DNA of 64,000 bases from Terriglobia bacterium (GTDB lineage Bacteria; Acidobacteriota; Terriglobia; 2-12-FULL-54-10), in contig CAXVYR010000003.1 in assembly GCA_963666975.2 (NCBI GenBank), positions 160,001-224,000 of the forward strand, read 5' to 3'. Below, one piece after another: positions 9,608-18,957 of this stretch. Under the pieces are notes generated by a model. It was not told where the DNA came from. It saw only the letters and a program-made list of their open reading frames with translations, and did no database searches. How positions within the stretch are numbered: position 1 is the stretch's first letter; every line of letters starts with the position of its first letter. The position numbers and the translations under genes are program-made.

Positions 9608-11068
9608 CTAACGGGTTCCTGTTCGGAGCCCGACCCCAATTCGGAAAATCTCCGTCCCATCCGGTGTTCTGGTGATGGCCGACAAAAATTGCGGGCTTTC
9701 AAAATACTCGGAGCGCGCCAGAATCTGTAACAGCCCGTAAGCCGACGCCGCGTTTCCGGTCAGGGTCAGAGAATCTCCTGCGTATCGCATCTGCTGCAGC
9801 CACACGTCGTCCGGCAGAAGCCGTGTCAGCTCGCCGAGGATCTCCAGGGGCAAGGCGGCGGTGTTGCTCGCGCCATCGAGAAGCTCCAGCCGCGCAGCGA
9901 TTCGCTGGCTTCTGTTTCGGGCTGTTTCCACCTCCTGCAATTGCGGCTGCAGGGTCAGGATTTCCCGCTCCATGTAACGGTTCAACAACCCGTCCTGGAT
10001 GGTTCCCCGCATGCCTGTCATCACCGCCAGCAACACCACAAGTCCGGAAAGGGCGTAAGTGGGGAAGCGAACCATCGGAGACCGGTACGCCCGTTTTTCT
10101 TCCGGCAGCAGGTTAAAGGAAAGAGGAGGCCGGCGGTCGAGCGCCGCGAAGGCCGCTGCCAACCCGGTGATGTGTTCCCGCAGCCGGAAGTTCGTTGTCC
10201 CCGCGTTCAGGGAAGGGAAAAGCTGCTCGACTGGGGTTACGTTGAATCGCAGATCTTCCGCGATGGGCGGCAAGGTTTTTCCGCAAAGAACCAAAGGCAG
10301 GCGCTCCTCCGGCTCCAGGCGCAGTTCCGAGCGCGCCAGTTCCATCTCTCGTGTTACGGCAAGCTGAAGGTCCCGGTCCTGTTCGGCTCCGCCGCCCGGC
10401 ATGGCAATCTCCCTGGAGACCAGCGCCATGCCCGGTGAGTAACCGATCAGCTCGAAGCTTTCAGCGCCTCCCTTCAGAATAAAGAGCCCTCGGCGTTTCC
10501 CGGCTTCGGTTTCCAGACGCGGCCAGAGTGCCGCGAACAATGCGGCGGTGGTGACGGTGAACTGCGACACGGCAATTCTCGCTTCTTCAAACCAGGATGC
10601 CAGTTCTTCCACAACCTTCTTTTCCGTAATGGCCAGCCTCACTTCCAGGTGCCCCAATCCTGTTGCCCCTTCCTGCGCTGCTATGCCGCCCCACAGGGTC
10701 TTCTCCTCCGGCTTCCACACGGAGTAATCCCAACAGACGCTCTCCTCCTCGAAGGGATGCAGCGCGTCCAGTTGATATCCCACGGCATTCGCCAAGTCCT
10801 TCTCCGCAGCCTGCGGAAGACGCAGCGAGCGAAGCAGCACTGCGGAGCGGGGCAGGGCAACCACCGTCCAGGGAACTTCCAACCTGTTTTTTCGCAGAAA
10901 CTCGCGATACAGTCTGCCGCAGTCCTGAGGTCCCAACTGCTTGTATTGGGGAATTTCCAGGCGGTCTGCCACATGAATGCGATTCCATTGCAGCTTGACG
11001 CAGGTGGCCTGAAGGCTTCCTTCAGAAAAATCGATTCCGATTCCGCTTCGGGGCATGGACCAATTCAT
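9608..11068 (-). CDS. gspL: GspL (actin-like PilM domain, TM, PilN domain)
   Basis: GIGIDF, FNLLPEE, LTRLLPDDVWL, LTLTGNA; start at the ATGA overlap with the gspK stop. Confidence 0.8.
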   Translation of the reverse strand: MNWSMPRSGIGIDFSEGSLQATCVKLQWNRIHVADRLEIPQYKQLGPQDCGRLYREFLRKNRLEVPWTVVALPRSAVLLRSLRLPQAAEKDLANAVGYQLDALHPFEEESVCWDYSVWKPEEKTLWGGIAAQEGATGLGHLEVRLAITEKKVVEELASWFEEARIAVSQFTVTTAALFAALWPRLETEAGKRRGLFILKGGAESFELIGYSPGMALVSREIAMPGGGAEQDRDLQLAVTREMELARSELRLEPEERLPLVLCGKTLPPIAEDLRFNVTPVEQLFPSLNAGTTNFRLREHITGLAAAFAALDRRPPLSFNLLPEEKRAYRSPMVRFPTYALSGLVVLLAVMTGMRGTIQDGLLNRYMEREILTLQPQLQEVETARNRSQRIAARLELLDGASNTAALPLEILGELTRLLPDDVWLQQMRYAGDSLTLTGNAASAYGLLQILARSEYFESPQFLSAITRTPDGTEIFRIGVGLRTGTR

Positions 11069-12153
11069 CGGCGAATTCCACTCCTTGTTCCGGGATCGCT
11101 CCGTTCCGTTTGGTGCGAGCCGCTCTCGAAAGGCCAGTTGTCCCACCAAGCCAGCACCTGGTGATAGAGCGGCAGGGCGGGTCCAATCCGCACAAGCGCG
11201 CGAACCGAGCGGCGCACGCCGGATTCCGGCAAAGTTCCCGTAGCCGTCAGCGTGTAGATGGGGCCCTGGGCCAATGTCAGTGGCGCGAGGCCGGTGACGG
11301 TCGAAGTCTCCGGGACGGCCAGATGCAGATCCTCCAAGGAGCGAAACGGGGCGGCAGTCCTGGCCTCCACCACAACAGCCGCCATCGAATCGTTCCAGCC
11401 GCGGAGCACTCGCAGAACTTCATAGGGGGCAAAGTTTGGATTTACAGCGAAACCGATGTTCTGTGCCGTCAGCAGGTCTGCCAGCGGAGGCATTCTCAGC
11501 AAGCGGTCTTCCGGGCTGTATTCCACGCGGCCAAAAAACAAGGACCGGCTCATACCCTTTACCGGCAGCAACTCTGCCAGCCGCTCCAGGGGCGCATGCC
11601 GGGCCGGGTAAGGCCGGGGTAAGTTGGCGTAGTGGGAGTCAAAGAGACTGCCCACGTCGGAAGTGCGCGGCGTGCGCCAGTCCACTATGGCGGCTGCCAT
11701 TTCCAGACTGTGGTTGACTGGCAGACCCAGCGAAAAAAATAATGCGGCCAATTGCTCGGCGGAAGCCAGATTGACATTCAACTTGGCATTTTCCGGCACG
11801 ACTTCCACTCGGGAGAATCCGCTGGGGAATTCCTCGCTTGGAAATTGATAGTCCAGCCATCTTTGCCCGGGGCGATAGTCAACCGACCCGTCGTCAGCCG
11901 CACGACCCGTGGCTGGAGCCACAGCGGAGCGGACAATGGAATAAATGGCGGCTTCGATGCCTCCCCGCGCCAGATAGTAGCTGCGCTGGGATTCGATCTG
12001 GTTGCTGACGGCCTCCACCTCGGTGCGAACCAGATAGGAGGTGGTCATGCCCATAAAACTCAGAGCAATGGTCAGCCAGAGGACTGCGAGCAGCGCTACT
12101 CCCCGCTGCTTCTTCGCTCCGTTTATTTTCTTTACCCCGAGTGATCTCTTCAT
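11065..12153 (-). CDS. gspK: Minor pseudopilin GspK
   Basis: QRG|VALLAVLW, KLNVNLAS, AIVDWR, ELLPVKGM; start at the ATGA overlap with the gspJ stop. Confidence 0.9.
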   Translation of the reverse strand: MKRSLGVKKINGAKKQRGVALLAVLWLTIALSFMGMTTSYLVRTEVEAVSNQIESQRSYYLARGGIEAAIYSIVRSAVAPATGRAADDGSVDYRPGQRWLDYQFPSEEFPSGFSRVEVVPENAKLNVNLASAEQLAALFFSLGLPVNHSLEMAAAIVDWRTPRTSDVGSLFDSHYANLPRPYPARHAPLERLAELLPVKGMSRSLFFGRVEYSPEDRLLRMPPLADLLTAQNIGFAVNPNFAPYEVLRVLRGWNDSMAAVVVEARTAAPFRSLEDLHLAVPETSTVTGLAPLTLAQGPIYTLTATGTLPESGVRRSVRALVRIGPALPLYHQVLAWWDNWPFESGSHQTERSDPGTRSGIRR

Positions 12154-12866
12154 TCCGGCCTCAGAGAAAAATCCCGGATAGCGGAGGTAATAGACACCGG
12201 CGTCAGCTCGCTGGAATCCGAGGAGGCTACGGCGCGGATGGCCATGCTCCTCGGCAATTCCTCGTTGAAGCTTGTCCACTGATCCGTCCAAACTCCGGGT
12301 TCCGACGAACGATAGCTGTAATATTCAAAGTGGCATTCCTCCAGATCATCGAGCAGCACCACTGTTTGAGGTCCGCGCTCGAACGGCGCAAACTGCAGGA
12401 TTCTTCCCCTGGGGTTTACCTCTGCCCCCGCAATGAGGGCTCCCAACTCTTCTTTGCTGTTTACCGGAAATTCATTCAGCAACAATTGCTTGGTTCCTCC
12501 CGCTTGCTCCGTTATCTGATACTCGATGCGGTAAAGACCCGAACGCGCACGGCTTGTCAGAGAGTAACGGCTAAGAAAGCGGGCTGCCTGCGGCTCCCCT
12601 TGAAAAAAGAATTCCTGGCCGCCCTGCCGGGTGCGTGCCCGGTAGGGGACCATGGAGGCCATCTGTTGCTGCAAGAGATGATGGGTCGCCAGGACCTTCC
12701 GGTCCTGGGAAAGGCGGCTGTTCGCCCTTTGCCACGCCGAGGTAGCGATCCTCCATCCGAACAGGATGATCGTCGCCAGCAGGGAGACGATGGTGATCGA
12801 GATGAGAAGTTCGAGCAACGTAAAGCCCCCGGCCCGTCGGGTTCTCAGTGAGAGGTTTTTTGTCAT
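12150..12866 (-). CDS. gspJ: Minor pseudopilin GspJ
   Basis: G|FTLLELLIS prepilin motif; operon position. Confidence 0.8.
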   Translation of the reverse strand: MTKNLSLRTRRAGGFTLLELLISITIVSLLATIILFGWRIATSAWQRANSRLSQDRKVLATHHLLQQQMASMVPYRARTRQGGQEFFFQGEPQAARFLSRYSLTSRARSGLYRIEYQITEQAGGTKQLLLNEFPVNSKEELGALIAGAEVNPRGRILQFAPFERGPQTVVLLDDLEECHFEYYSYRSSEPGVWTDQWTSFNEELPRSMAIRAVASSDSSELTPVSITSAIRDFSLRPE

Positions 12867-13327
12867 CGTAGCGTTCTCTGCGGTTCCCTGCGAAGCTGAT
12901 AGGTCTCAAACGACAGCTTCTTCTCTTCATTTTCCGGGCCGGACTCCCAGAGCACGTCCAGCTCGACGCGCACCAGGATGGTCTCTCCTGGCGCCGGTTC
13001 CGTAGAGGAGCGGAAGCGGGTGCTGCGTGATTCCCAGCGGAACCGCTCGTCCCAGCGCCCTTGAATCTTTTCATCTAGCGGTGTTTCTGCCATGACCCCG
13101 TCATCGGTTTCAAAACCCGCTGCCAGCAGTTCATTCAGCTTGCTCGGGCCGAGCAGCAACGCCTGTTCCGGCGCTTGGAGCCGGCTGAGGTTGCCGAGCG
13201 CGCCGGAAAGCAGCCCGAACAAAGCCGCAACGGCGGTTCCCAGGATCGCGGTGGCAACCAGGACTTCGAGCAATGTGAAGCCCTTCTCCAACAACGGCGA
13301 CGGATTTTTTCGGTCCGTGAGTTTCAT
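12863..13327 (-). CDS. gspI: Minor pseudopilin GspI
   Basis: G|FTLLEVLVA prepilin motif; operon position. Confidence 0.8.
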   Translation of the reverse strand: MKLTDRKNPSPLLEKGFTLLEVLVATAILGTAVAALFGLLSGALGNLSRLQAPEQALLLGPSKLNELLAAGFETDDGVMAETPLDEKIQGRWDERFRWESRSTRFRSSTEPAPGETILVRVELDVLWESGPENEEKKLSFETYQLRREPQRTLR

Positions 13328-13836
13328 AGGCCGGTTACTTTCGGGAAGCCGGTCAAGGGGTCGGTTGATACCTGCACCTTCCGGCGAGGGTTTTCCAGCA
13401 CGACTTGGAATGGCTCCGAGCCTCCGTCGGGCGAAAACAGAAACCGCCGAATCCGTGAAGGAGCATCCTCCTCGTCGGGGAGAATCTCCCCGATACGGAT
13501 CGCTGCCGGAAGCTCAAAGCTTCGGCGACTGGCACCGCCGCTTTGGCCGGTATTGGTGGTATCGTCCATATCCATATCCATGACGGAGATCGTCCCGGTT
13601 TCCGTATCGATCTCCAGTTGAAAAAAGCTTTGACGGTAGATGGCCTGATCGCGGGCGTACTTGGCTGCGGCAGCCAGCCGCCGTGCCGAGGAGCGCAGCT
13701 CCAGCGTGCTGAGCCCGGAACGAACGGAAGGAAACACCACGGCCAGTAAAATGGAGGCTAGTGCAGCGACCACCAGCAACTCCAGCAAAGTAATCCCGCG
13801 CTGTGGGGTTTTCTTGTTGTTCACCGGTATAACCAT
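13324..13836 (-). CDS. gspH: Minor pseudopilin GspH/FimT-like
   Basis: G|ITLLELLVV, ARDQAI, FSPDG, DPLTG. Confidence 0.8.
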   Translation of the reverse strand: MVIPVNNKKTPQRGITLLELLVVAALASILLAVVFPSVRSGLSTLELRSSARRLAAAAKYARDQAIYRQSFFQLEIDTETGTISVMDMDMDDTTNTGQSGGASRRSFELPAAIRIGEILPDEEDAPSRIRRFLFSPDGGSEPFQVVLENPRRKVQVSTDPLTGFPKVTGL

Positions 13837-13873
13837 TGTGTTTGTGAAAACTCCCGCTTGCCGCCGCCGCTTC

Positions 13874-14350
13874 CTATCGAGTGCTCCAGCTTACGATGTC
13901 GGCATCTTCTTCTTCGCCGCCCGTTCGCCCATCCGCTCCCAGAGAAATGATGTCCGGCTCATCGCCGTGTTCGCCTGGGAACTGGTAAACGTATTCATTG
14001 CCCCAAGGGTCCAGGGGAATCTCCTGCGGCAGGTAAGGGCCGTCCCATCGATTTACTTCCTCCGGCGAGGTCCTCAATGCCTCCAGCCCTTGTTCGGTTG
14101 TGGGAAAACGGCTGGTGTCCAGCTTGTAAATGCCCAGCGCGGTTTGGAAGGAACTGATCTGCGCACGCGCCGCCGTGGCCCGTGACCTGCCCACCTGCCG
14201 GAAGAGGCGCGGACCCACCAGCGATGCGAACAGCGCAATGATGGTCACCACGACGAGCAGTTCAATGAGGGTCACGCCTGCTTCGCGATTGCGGCCTCTC
14301 CATGGGGTAACAGGTTGTCTTTTTTCCGCTTTGCGACTTGCGCTTTGCAT
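13874..14350 (-). CDS. gspG: Major pseudopilin GspG
   Basis: G|VTLIELLVV, YKLD, WDGPYL, DPWGNEY, SLGADG; start revised to ATG 14350 (GAGGT RBS). Confidence 0.93.
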   Translation of the reverse strand: MQSASRKAEKRQPVTPWRGRNREAGVTLIELLVVVTIIALFASLVGPRLFRQVGRSRATAARAQISSFQTALGIYKLDTSRFPTTEQGLEALRTSPEEVNRWDGPYLPQEIPLDPWGNEYVYQFPGEHGDEPDIISLGADGRTGGEEEDADIVSWSTR

Positions 14351-14363
14351 CGTGCACCTCACA

Positions 14364-14423
14364 CTTGAATGGGACATCCTAGAATGGGACGTCCTGGAAC
14401 GGAACATCCTAGAACGGAACATC
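14364..14423 (-). repeat. Four 15-bp tandem repeats of the gspF 3' end
   Basis: gatgttccgttctag / gatgttccgttccag / gacgtcccattctag / gatgtcccattcaag. Confidence 0.9.
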
Positions 14424-15668
14424 ATTGATGCTGGTGATGGCCAGCAACAGGGAAAGCACGATCACTCCGACCGTGAGTCCCATGCCCAAAATCACTACCG
14501 GTTCAAACAACGCGGTGAGCCGCCGGATGGCGACGCGCGTTTCATTCTCATAGATCGTTGCCAATCTTTCGAACATGCTGTCCAGGTGTCCGGTTTCTTC
14601 GCCCACCCGCAGCAGGTGTCCCGCCAGCGGAGGAAAGGCGCCGGACTTGCCAACCGGAGCCGCGATGCCCTCGCCGCGTTTCACAGCCTGAGCCACACTG
14701 CCGAGCGACCGCGCGATCACGGTATTGGCAATCATCTCCTTCACAATGCCGAGCGATTGCACCAGGGGAACACTGTTAGCCACCAGCGTGGACATAGTCC
14801 TGGCGAAGCGGGCCGTTTCCGCCTTCCGAAGCAGCTCGCCCACCACGGGAAGGCGGAGCTGGAAGCGGTCCCAGCGCTCGCGGCCAGCCGGCGTGCGGAT
14901 TGCGCGGCGAAAGAAAAAAATCCCTGCGACGGCAGCCAGGAGAGCTACAACGCCATATCGCTGGAGCATCTCGCTCGCTCGCAGCAGCAGGTAAGTAGGC
15001 AGCGGCATCGGCAATCCGGTGGATTCAAAAACCTGGGCGAAGCGGGGAATCACAAAGTTCATCAGCACCAGAATGGAACCGATCGCCACCAGGCTCAGCA
15101 TCGCGGGATAGATCATCGACGAGATCAAATGGCCGCGCCATTCCGCCGCCGATGATTCAAACTCCGCCAGCCGCTCAAAAACCAGATGCAATGCGCCGCT
15201 GGCCTGCCCCGCGCGCACCATGTTGACGTATAGCTTGGAGAAGACTCTGCCCTGCGCCGCCAAGGCATCGGCTAGCGACTTGCCCGACTTCACCTCGCGC
15301 AGCACGCCGGAGATGATCTCCCGGAAGGCCTTGCTTTCGGTGAGTTCTAAACAGATCGACAAAGCGCGATCCAGCGGGACGCCGGCGTTCAGCAAGGTGG
15401 AAAGTTCTTGCGTGAAGCGGAGGCGGTCATGGCTTGTTACGCGCCTGCCAACCAGGTTGCTCCAGGATTTGGTCCCGATGGAATTCAGAAAGGAACTCAG
15501 CCAGCTCTCGCTCCGTGTGGCGGAATCCCCTTGCGACAGGCCAACGTACACAGGCACAAGCCCCAGAGCTTGCAGTTCCCGGGCAACACCTTTTTCTGAG
15601 GCGCCATCCTGCACTCCTTGTTCCATACGGCCGGCGGAGGTTACAGCCCGATAATAATAGGTAGCCAT
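14409..15668 (-). CDS. gspF: T2SS platform protein GspF
   Basis: LSTLLNAGVPL, NMVRAGQASG, YPAM, GEETGHL, FEPVVI. Confidence 0.93.
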   Translation of the reverse strand: MATYYYRAVTSAGRMEQGVQDGASEKGVARELQALGLVPVYVGLSQGDSATRSESWLSSFLNSIGTKSWSNLVGRRVTSHDRLRFTQELSTLLNAGVPLDRALSICLELTESKAFREIISGVLREVKSGKSLADALAAQGRVFSKLYVNMVRAGQASGALHLVFERLAEFESSAAEWRGHLISSMIYPAMLSLVAIGSILVLMNFVIPRFAQVFESTGLPMPLPTYLLLRASEMLQRYGVVALLAAVAGIFFFRRAIRTPAGRERWDRFQLRLPVVGELLRKAETARFARTMSTLVANSVPLVQSLGIVKEMIANTVIARSLGSVAQAVKRGEGIAAPVGKSGAFPPLAGHLLRVGEETGHLDSMFERLATIYENETRVAIRRLTALFEPVVILGMGLTVGVIVLSLLLAITSINDVPF

Positions 15669-15720
15669 AATTGTTCTGTTCTTCCGCCCGGAATGCAAAC
15701 GGGTTGCCTGCCCAGCTTCG

Positions 15721-17400
15721 CTAGAACTCCTGTGTCACCCGCAAGATCTCTTCAGGAGTGGTGATTCCGGCGGCCACCTTCTGCTGCCCGTCCTCGCGCA
15801 GGGTGCGCATGCCTTGGGCGCGCGCGGCGCGGGCCAGAGTGCCGGCGTCGGAGTTAGCCAGGATCATCTTGCGGATTTCCTCGTTGAGTTCCATCATTTC
15901 GAAAATTCCCACGCGAGATCGAAAGCCTGTGTGCGAACAGGCTTCGCACCCTGCGCCGCGGCAAACCCGATATTCACCCTCCGGGGCATCAAAACCCAGC
16001 GAGCGCAGCCAGTCTCCCGCGACAGTCTCTTCCTGTTTGCATTCCGGGCAGTTCACCCGGACCAGCCGCTGCGCCAGAACGGCGACCAGCGACGAAGTGA
16101 GCAGGTAGCTTTCTACTCCCATATCCGTCAAGCGGGTAATGGCGCTGGGGGCGTCGTTGGTGTGCAGGGTGCTGAAGACCAGGTGCCCGGTCAGGGCGGC
16201 GCGGATAGCGATTTCCGCCGTCTCGCGGTCACGGATTTCCCCCACCATGATGACATCCGGGTCCTGGCGCACGATGTGCCGCAAGCCGGAGGCGAAGGTG
16301 AGCCCGATCTGGGTGTTGACGTGAATCTGGTTGATCCCGTCCATCTGGTATTCGACCGGGTCCTCGATGGTAATGATTTTCCGGTCGAGGGTGTTGATCC
16401 CCTTCAACGCGCTGTAGAGGGTTGTGGATTTGCCGCTGCCGGTGGGACCCGTCACCAAAAAAATTCCATACGGGCGGGAGGAAAAATGCTCCATGCGCGC
16501 CAGCAAGGCGTCGGGAAAGCCTAAACGCCCCAGCTCGTAACGGTCGCTTTCGCTGCGGTCGAGCAGGCGCATGACCACGCCCTCACCGTGAAGAGTGGGC
16601 AGCGTGGAGACGCGCAAATCCACGTCCCGGCCCAGAATCTTCAGTTGAATGCGGCCGTCCTGTGGCAGGCGGTGCTCGGCAATGTTCAGCTTGGCCATCA
16701 GCTTGACGCGGGATAACACCGCCGATTGCAAGGGGCGGGGAGGCGCCTCCACCGGATGCAGCACTCCGTCCAGGCGGTAACGGACCTGAAATTGTTTCTC
16801 GAGCGGTTCCAGATGGATGTCGCTGGCGCGCCGCTCCACCGCATGGGCAATCAAGTTGTTGACCAAACGAATGACGGGAACCTCGCTGGCCATATCCCGC
16901 AGATGCTCGATGTCTTCCTCGGACTGGGGGGGTGTCTCTGCCGTGGCAGTGCGAGGCGTTTCCGTTTCTGTTTCGGGATAGTATCGCTCGATCGCCGCCA
17001 GGATTTCCTGTTCGGAGCAGAGCAGCGCCTTCACCTCCATTTGAGTGGAGAGGCGTACGGCCGCGATCGTCTCGAAATCGAGCGGGTCCGACATGGCCAG
17101 GGTAATCTCTGAGTCTTCCACCCGAACCGGCACAAAATGAAATTGGCGCATAAACCGCAAGGAAATGCCGCCCGGCTCGGGAGCGACGGCAGGGAAGTCC
17201 CGGGCAGTCGTCAGTGGAATTTCCAGTTGCTCGGAGAGCGTTGCCAGAACGTCGCGCGAGGAGACAAACCCCATGTCCACCACAATGCGTCCCAGTTTTT
17301 CCTGCCGCTCGCGCTGGAGGGCCAGCGACTTCTCCAGTTCGTCCGCCTGAAGCAGGTTTCGCTCCATCAACATTTCACCGAGCCGTTTTCGGGAAGCCAT
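15721..17400 (-). CDS. gspE: T2SS ATPase GspE with N-terminal MshEN
   Basis: GPTGSGKST, TIEDPVE, RQDPDVIMVGEIRD, tetracysteine motif; tandem RLG...Q motifs at the N-terminus. Confidence 0.95.
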   Translation of the reverse strand: MASRKRLGEMLMERNLLQADELEKSLALQRERQEKLGRIVVDMGFVSSRDVLATLSEQLEIPLTTARDFPAVAPEPGGISLRFMRQFHFVPVRVEDSEITLAMSDPLDFETIAAVRLSTQMEVKALLCSEQEILAAIERYYPETETETPRTATAETPPQSEEDIEHLRDMASEVPVIRLVNNLIAHAVERRASDIHLEPLEKQFQVRYRLDGVLHPVEAPPRPLQSAVLSRVKLMAKLNIAEHRLPQDGRIQLKILGRDVDLRVSTLPTLHGEGVVMRLLDRSESDRYELGRLGFPDALLARMEHFSSRPYGIFLVTGPTGSGKSTTLYSALKGINTLDRKIITIEDPVEYQMDGINQIHVNTQIGLTFASGLRHIVRQDPDVIMVGEIRDRETAEIAIRAALTGHLVFSTLHTNDAPSAITRLTDMGVESYLLTSSLVAVLAQRLVRVNCPECKQEETVAGDWLRSLGFDAPEGEYRVCRGAGCEACSHTGFRSRVGIFEMMELNEEIRKMILANSDAGTLARAARAQGMRTLREDGQQKVAAGITTPEEILRVTQEF

Positions 17401-17444
17401 AGCGTGTGCTGTTTCTTTCTCCGGGAATCTTTAATACTCCAGAG

Positions 17445-18098
17445 CTAGAACTCCAGAAAGGATTCCTTTTGCCGAAAGTCTTCGGCTGTCAGGCGGCGTG
17501 CCTGATAATCGAGCAATTTTTGGCGGCGGATCGTGATTCCCACCTGCATCGGCAAGCCTTCGTTCTCTTCTACCGGAAGATTGAAGAGGTGAACCACGAC
17601 CGCGAGGTTGTCTTCGGGGCGCATCGCGTTCAAGCTTCCGCCATACCCCAGCACCAGATCGCTCAGGGTATTTTTGAGTTGCTGAATCCGTTCTTCCTTC
17701 GATTCCTGCACTTTTTGCAGTTCCTCCGGCGTGTAGGGCCGGAGGTCGAAAGGCGAGATCAGCCGCATCGGGTGCAGGTTGACTTCCAGGTGGAAGGCCA
17801 CGCCAAAACCCGGCAGAACTATTCCTTTGGCATCCTGCAGCAGAGAAAAAGGCCGTTCAAAGGTCTGTTGGATGCTGCGGTTGAGGACATCCTGAAAGAT
17901 TTGCATTTGATTTTTCAAGGCGTGCCGGTCCATCTCTGCTGGGAGAGACGCACTTCCGCCCGCCTGGCCGGAGGAAGCGTTCCGGCTGCTGCGCGGCATC
18001 AGAGCGTTGCTTCCACTTTCCATTTGTGCGAACGAAAGTGAGTTTACCCACAAGCTCGCAGCGAAAAGAAAACCGAAAATTCGCAGATTCTTTTTCAT
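17445..18098 (-). CDS. Exported hypothetical protein
   Basis: Signal peptide MKKNLRIFGFLFAA...SFA; GIVLPGFGVAF segment; lies between the anti-sigma gene and gspE. Confidence 0.75.
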   Translation of the reverse strand: MKKNLRIFGFLFAASLWVNSLSFAQMESGSNALMPRSSRNASSGQAGGSASLPAEMDRHALKNQMQIFQDVLNRSIQQTFERPFSLLQDAKGIVLPGFGVAFHLEVNLHPMRLISPFDLRPYTPEELQKVQESKEERIQQLKNTLSDLVLGYGGSLNAMRPEDNLAVVVHLFNLPVEENEGLPMQVGITIRRQKLLDYQARRLTAEDFRQKESFLEF

Positions 18099-18156
18099 CC
18101 GATCCCTCCCCGAAGCGCACCCCCGGAGCGTATCCAAAGATGCGCCGGTAGTCTGT

Positions 18157-18840
18157 TTATTGCTGTACGGGCAGCGCCGACCCGGCTTGGCGCACCAATG
18201 CTCCCATCATGTATTGGCTCTGCACCTGTTCTTTCCACATCATGGTTTGGGTGGCCTGGAAATAACGGACGCTCTCGGCCATCTCCCGGAGGTCGCGACG
18301 CCGCTGCTGTTCGGCTTGTTGTGCAGCCGCTTCCACGAGCAGGGTGGCGTTGTTCTGTTGGCTGGTTTCGCTGGCGGCCACGGCCTCGGCGATCAGTTCG
18401 AGAGCTTCAGCACGCGAAAGAGCGCGAGAGTCTGCCGTCGCCGGAGTTTCATTAGCCGAGGTCTCCGGGGAAGTGACGGCTGCCGGAACGCCGAAAGCAA
18501 TTTGGAAACTTCCCTCTTCGTAGGAAATGGTGGTCCGGAACAGCGCCAGCAGCGCGATGGCGATGCACAGAAGCCCTCCTCCGGCCATTGCCAGCCGGGC
18601 CCCGGCAGGCCAGAACGCCCCCCACCGGCTGACGGGCTCCGCCACCACGGCAATCTTTTGGGGAATCGCCTCGGAAGCTTCCCCGCGAACCAGCAGAGCC
18701 ATTGTCTGCTTGAGCTGGGCAAACTCTTCCGCGCAGGCGCCGCAGTCCTGCAAATGGCGTCCGATTTCTTCCCGGTCCTTGCCGGAGGTTTCCTCCAGCA
18801 GGTATTCCACCAAAACTAATTTGGCTTGCTCGCAGTTCAT
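18157..18840 (-). CDS. Zinc-finger (ZAS) anti-sigma factor, single TM
   Basis: MNC...HLQDCGAC (HxxxCxxC), TM, coiled-coil periplasmic part. Confidence 0.85.
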   Translation of the reverse strand: MNCEQAKLVLVEYLLEETSGKDREEIGRHLQDCGACAEEFAQLKQTMALLVRGEASEAIPQKIAVVAEPVSRWGAFWPAGARLAMAGGGLLCIAIALLALFRTTISYEEGSFQIAFGVPAAVTSPETSANETPATADSRALSRAEALELIAEAVAASETSQQNNATLLVEAAAQQAEQQRRRDLREMAESVRYFQATQTMMWKEQVQSQYMMGALVRQAGSALPVQQ

Positions 18841-18957
18841 CTGGAACTCCTTTGAGAACGCAGCGGACGGGGAATTTCCTGCGAGAGCAAAAAAGTTTTG
18901 CCCTGTTTCCCCGGATTGCTTACGTTCCGGTTAACCGTTCGAATCAACTGGGGAGTC

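Noticed and set aside
136-14411. Genome-wide amber (TAG) recoding
   Set aside because: Many conserved genes (gspE, gspG, tsaD, higA) end at TAG in the expected place, and the TAG at 138 is explained by a frameshift.
14351-14425. N-terminal MMFRSRMFRSR extension of GspG
   Set aside because: By-product of the 15-bp repeat; a better RBS precedes ATG 14350.
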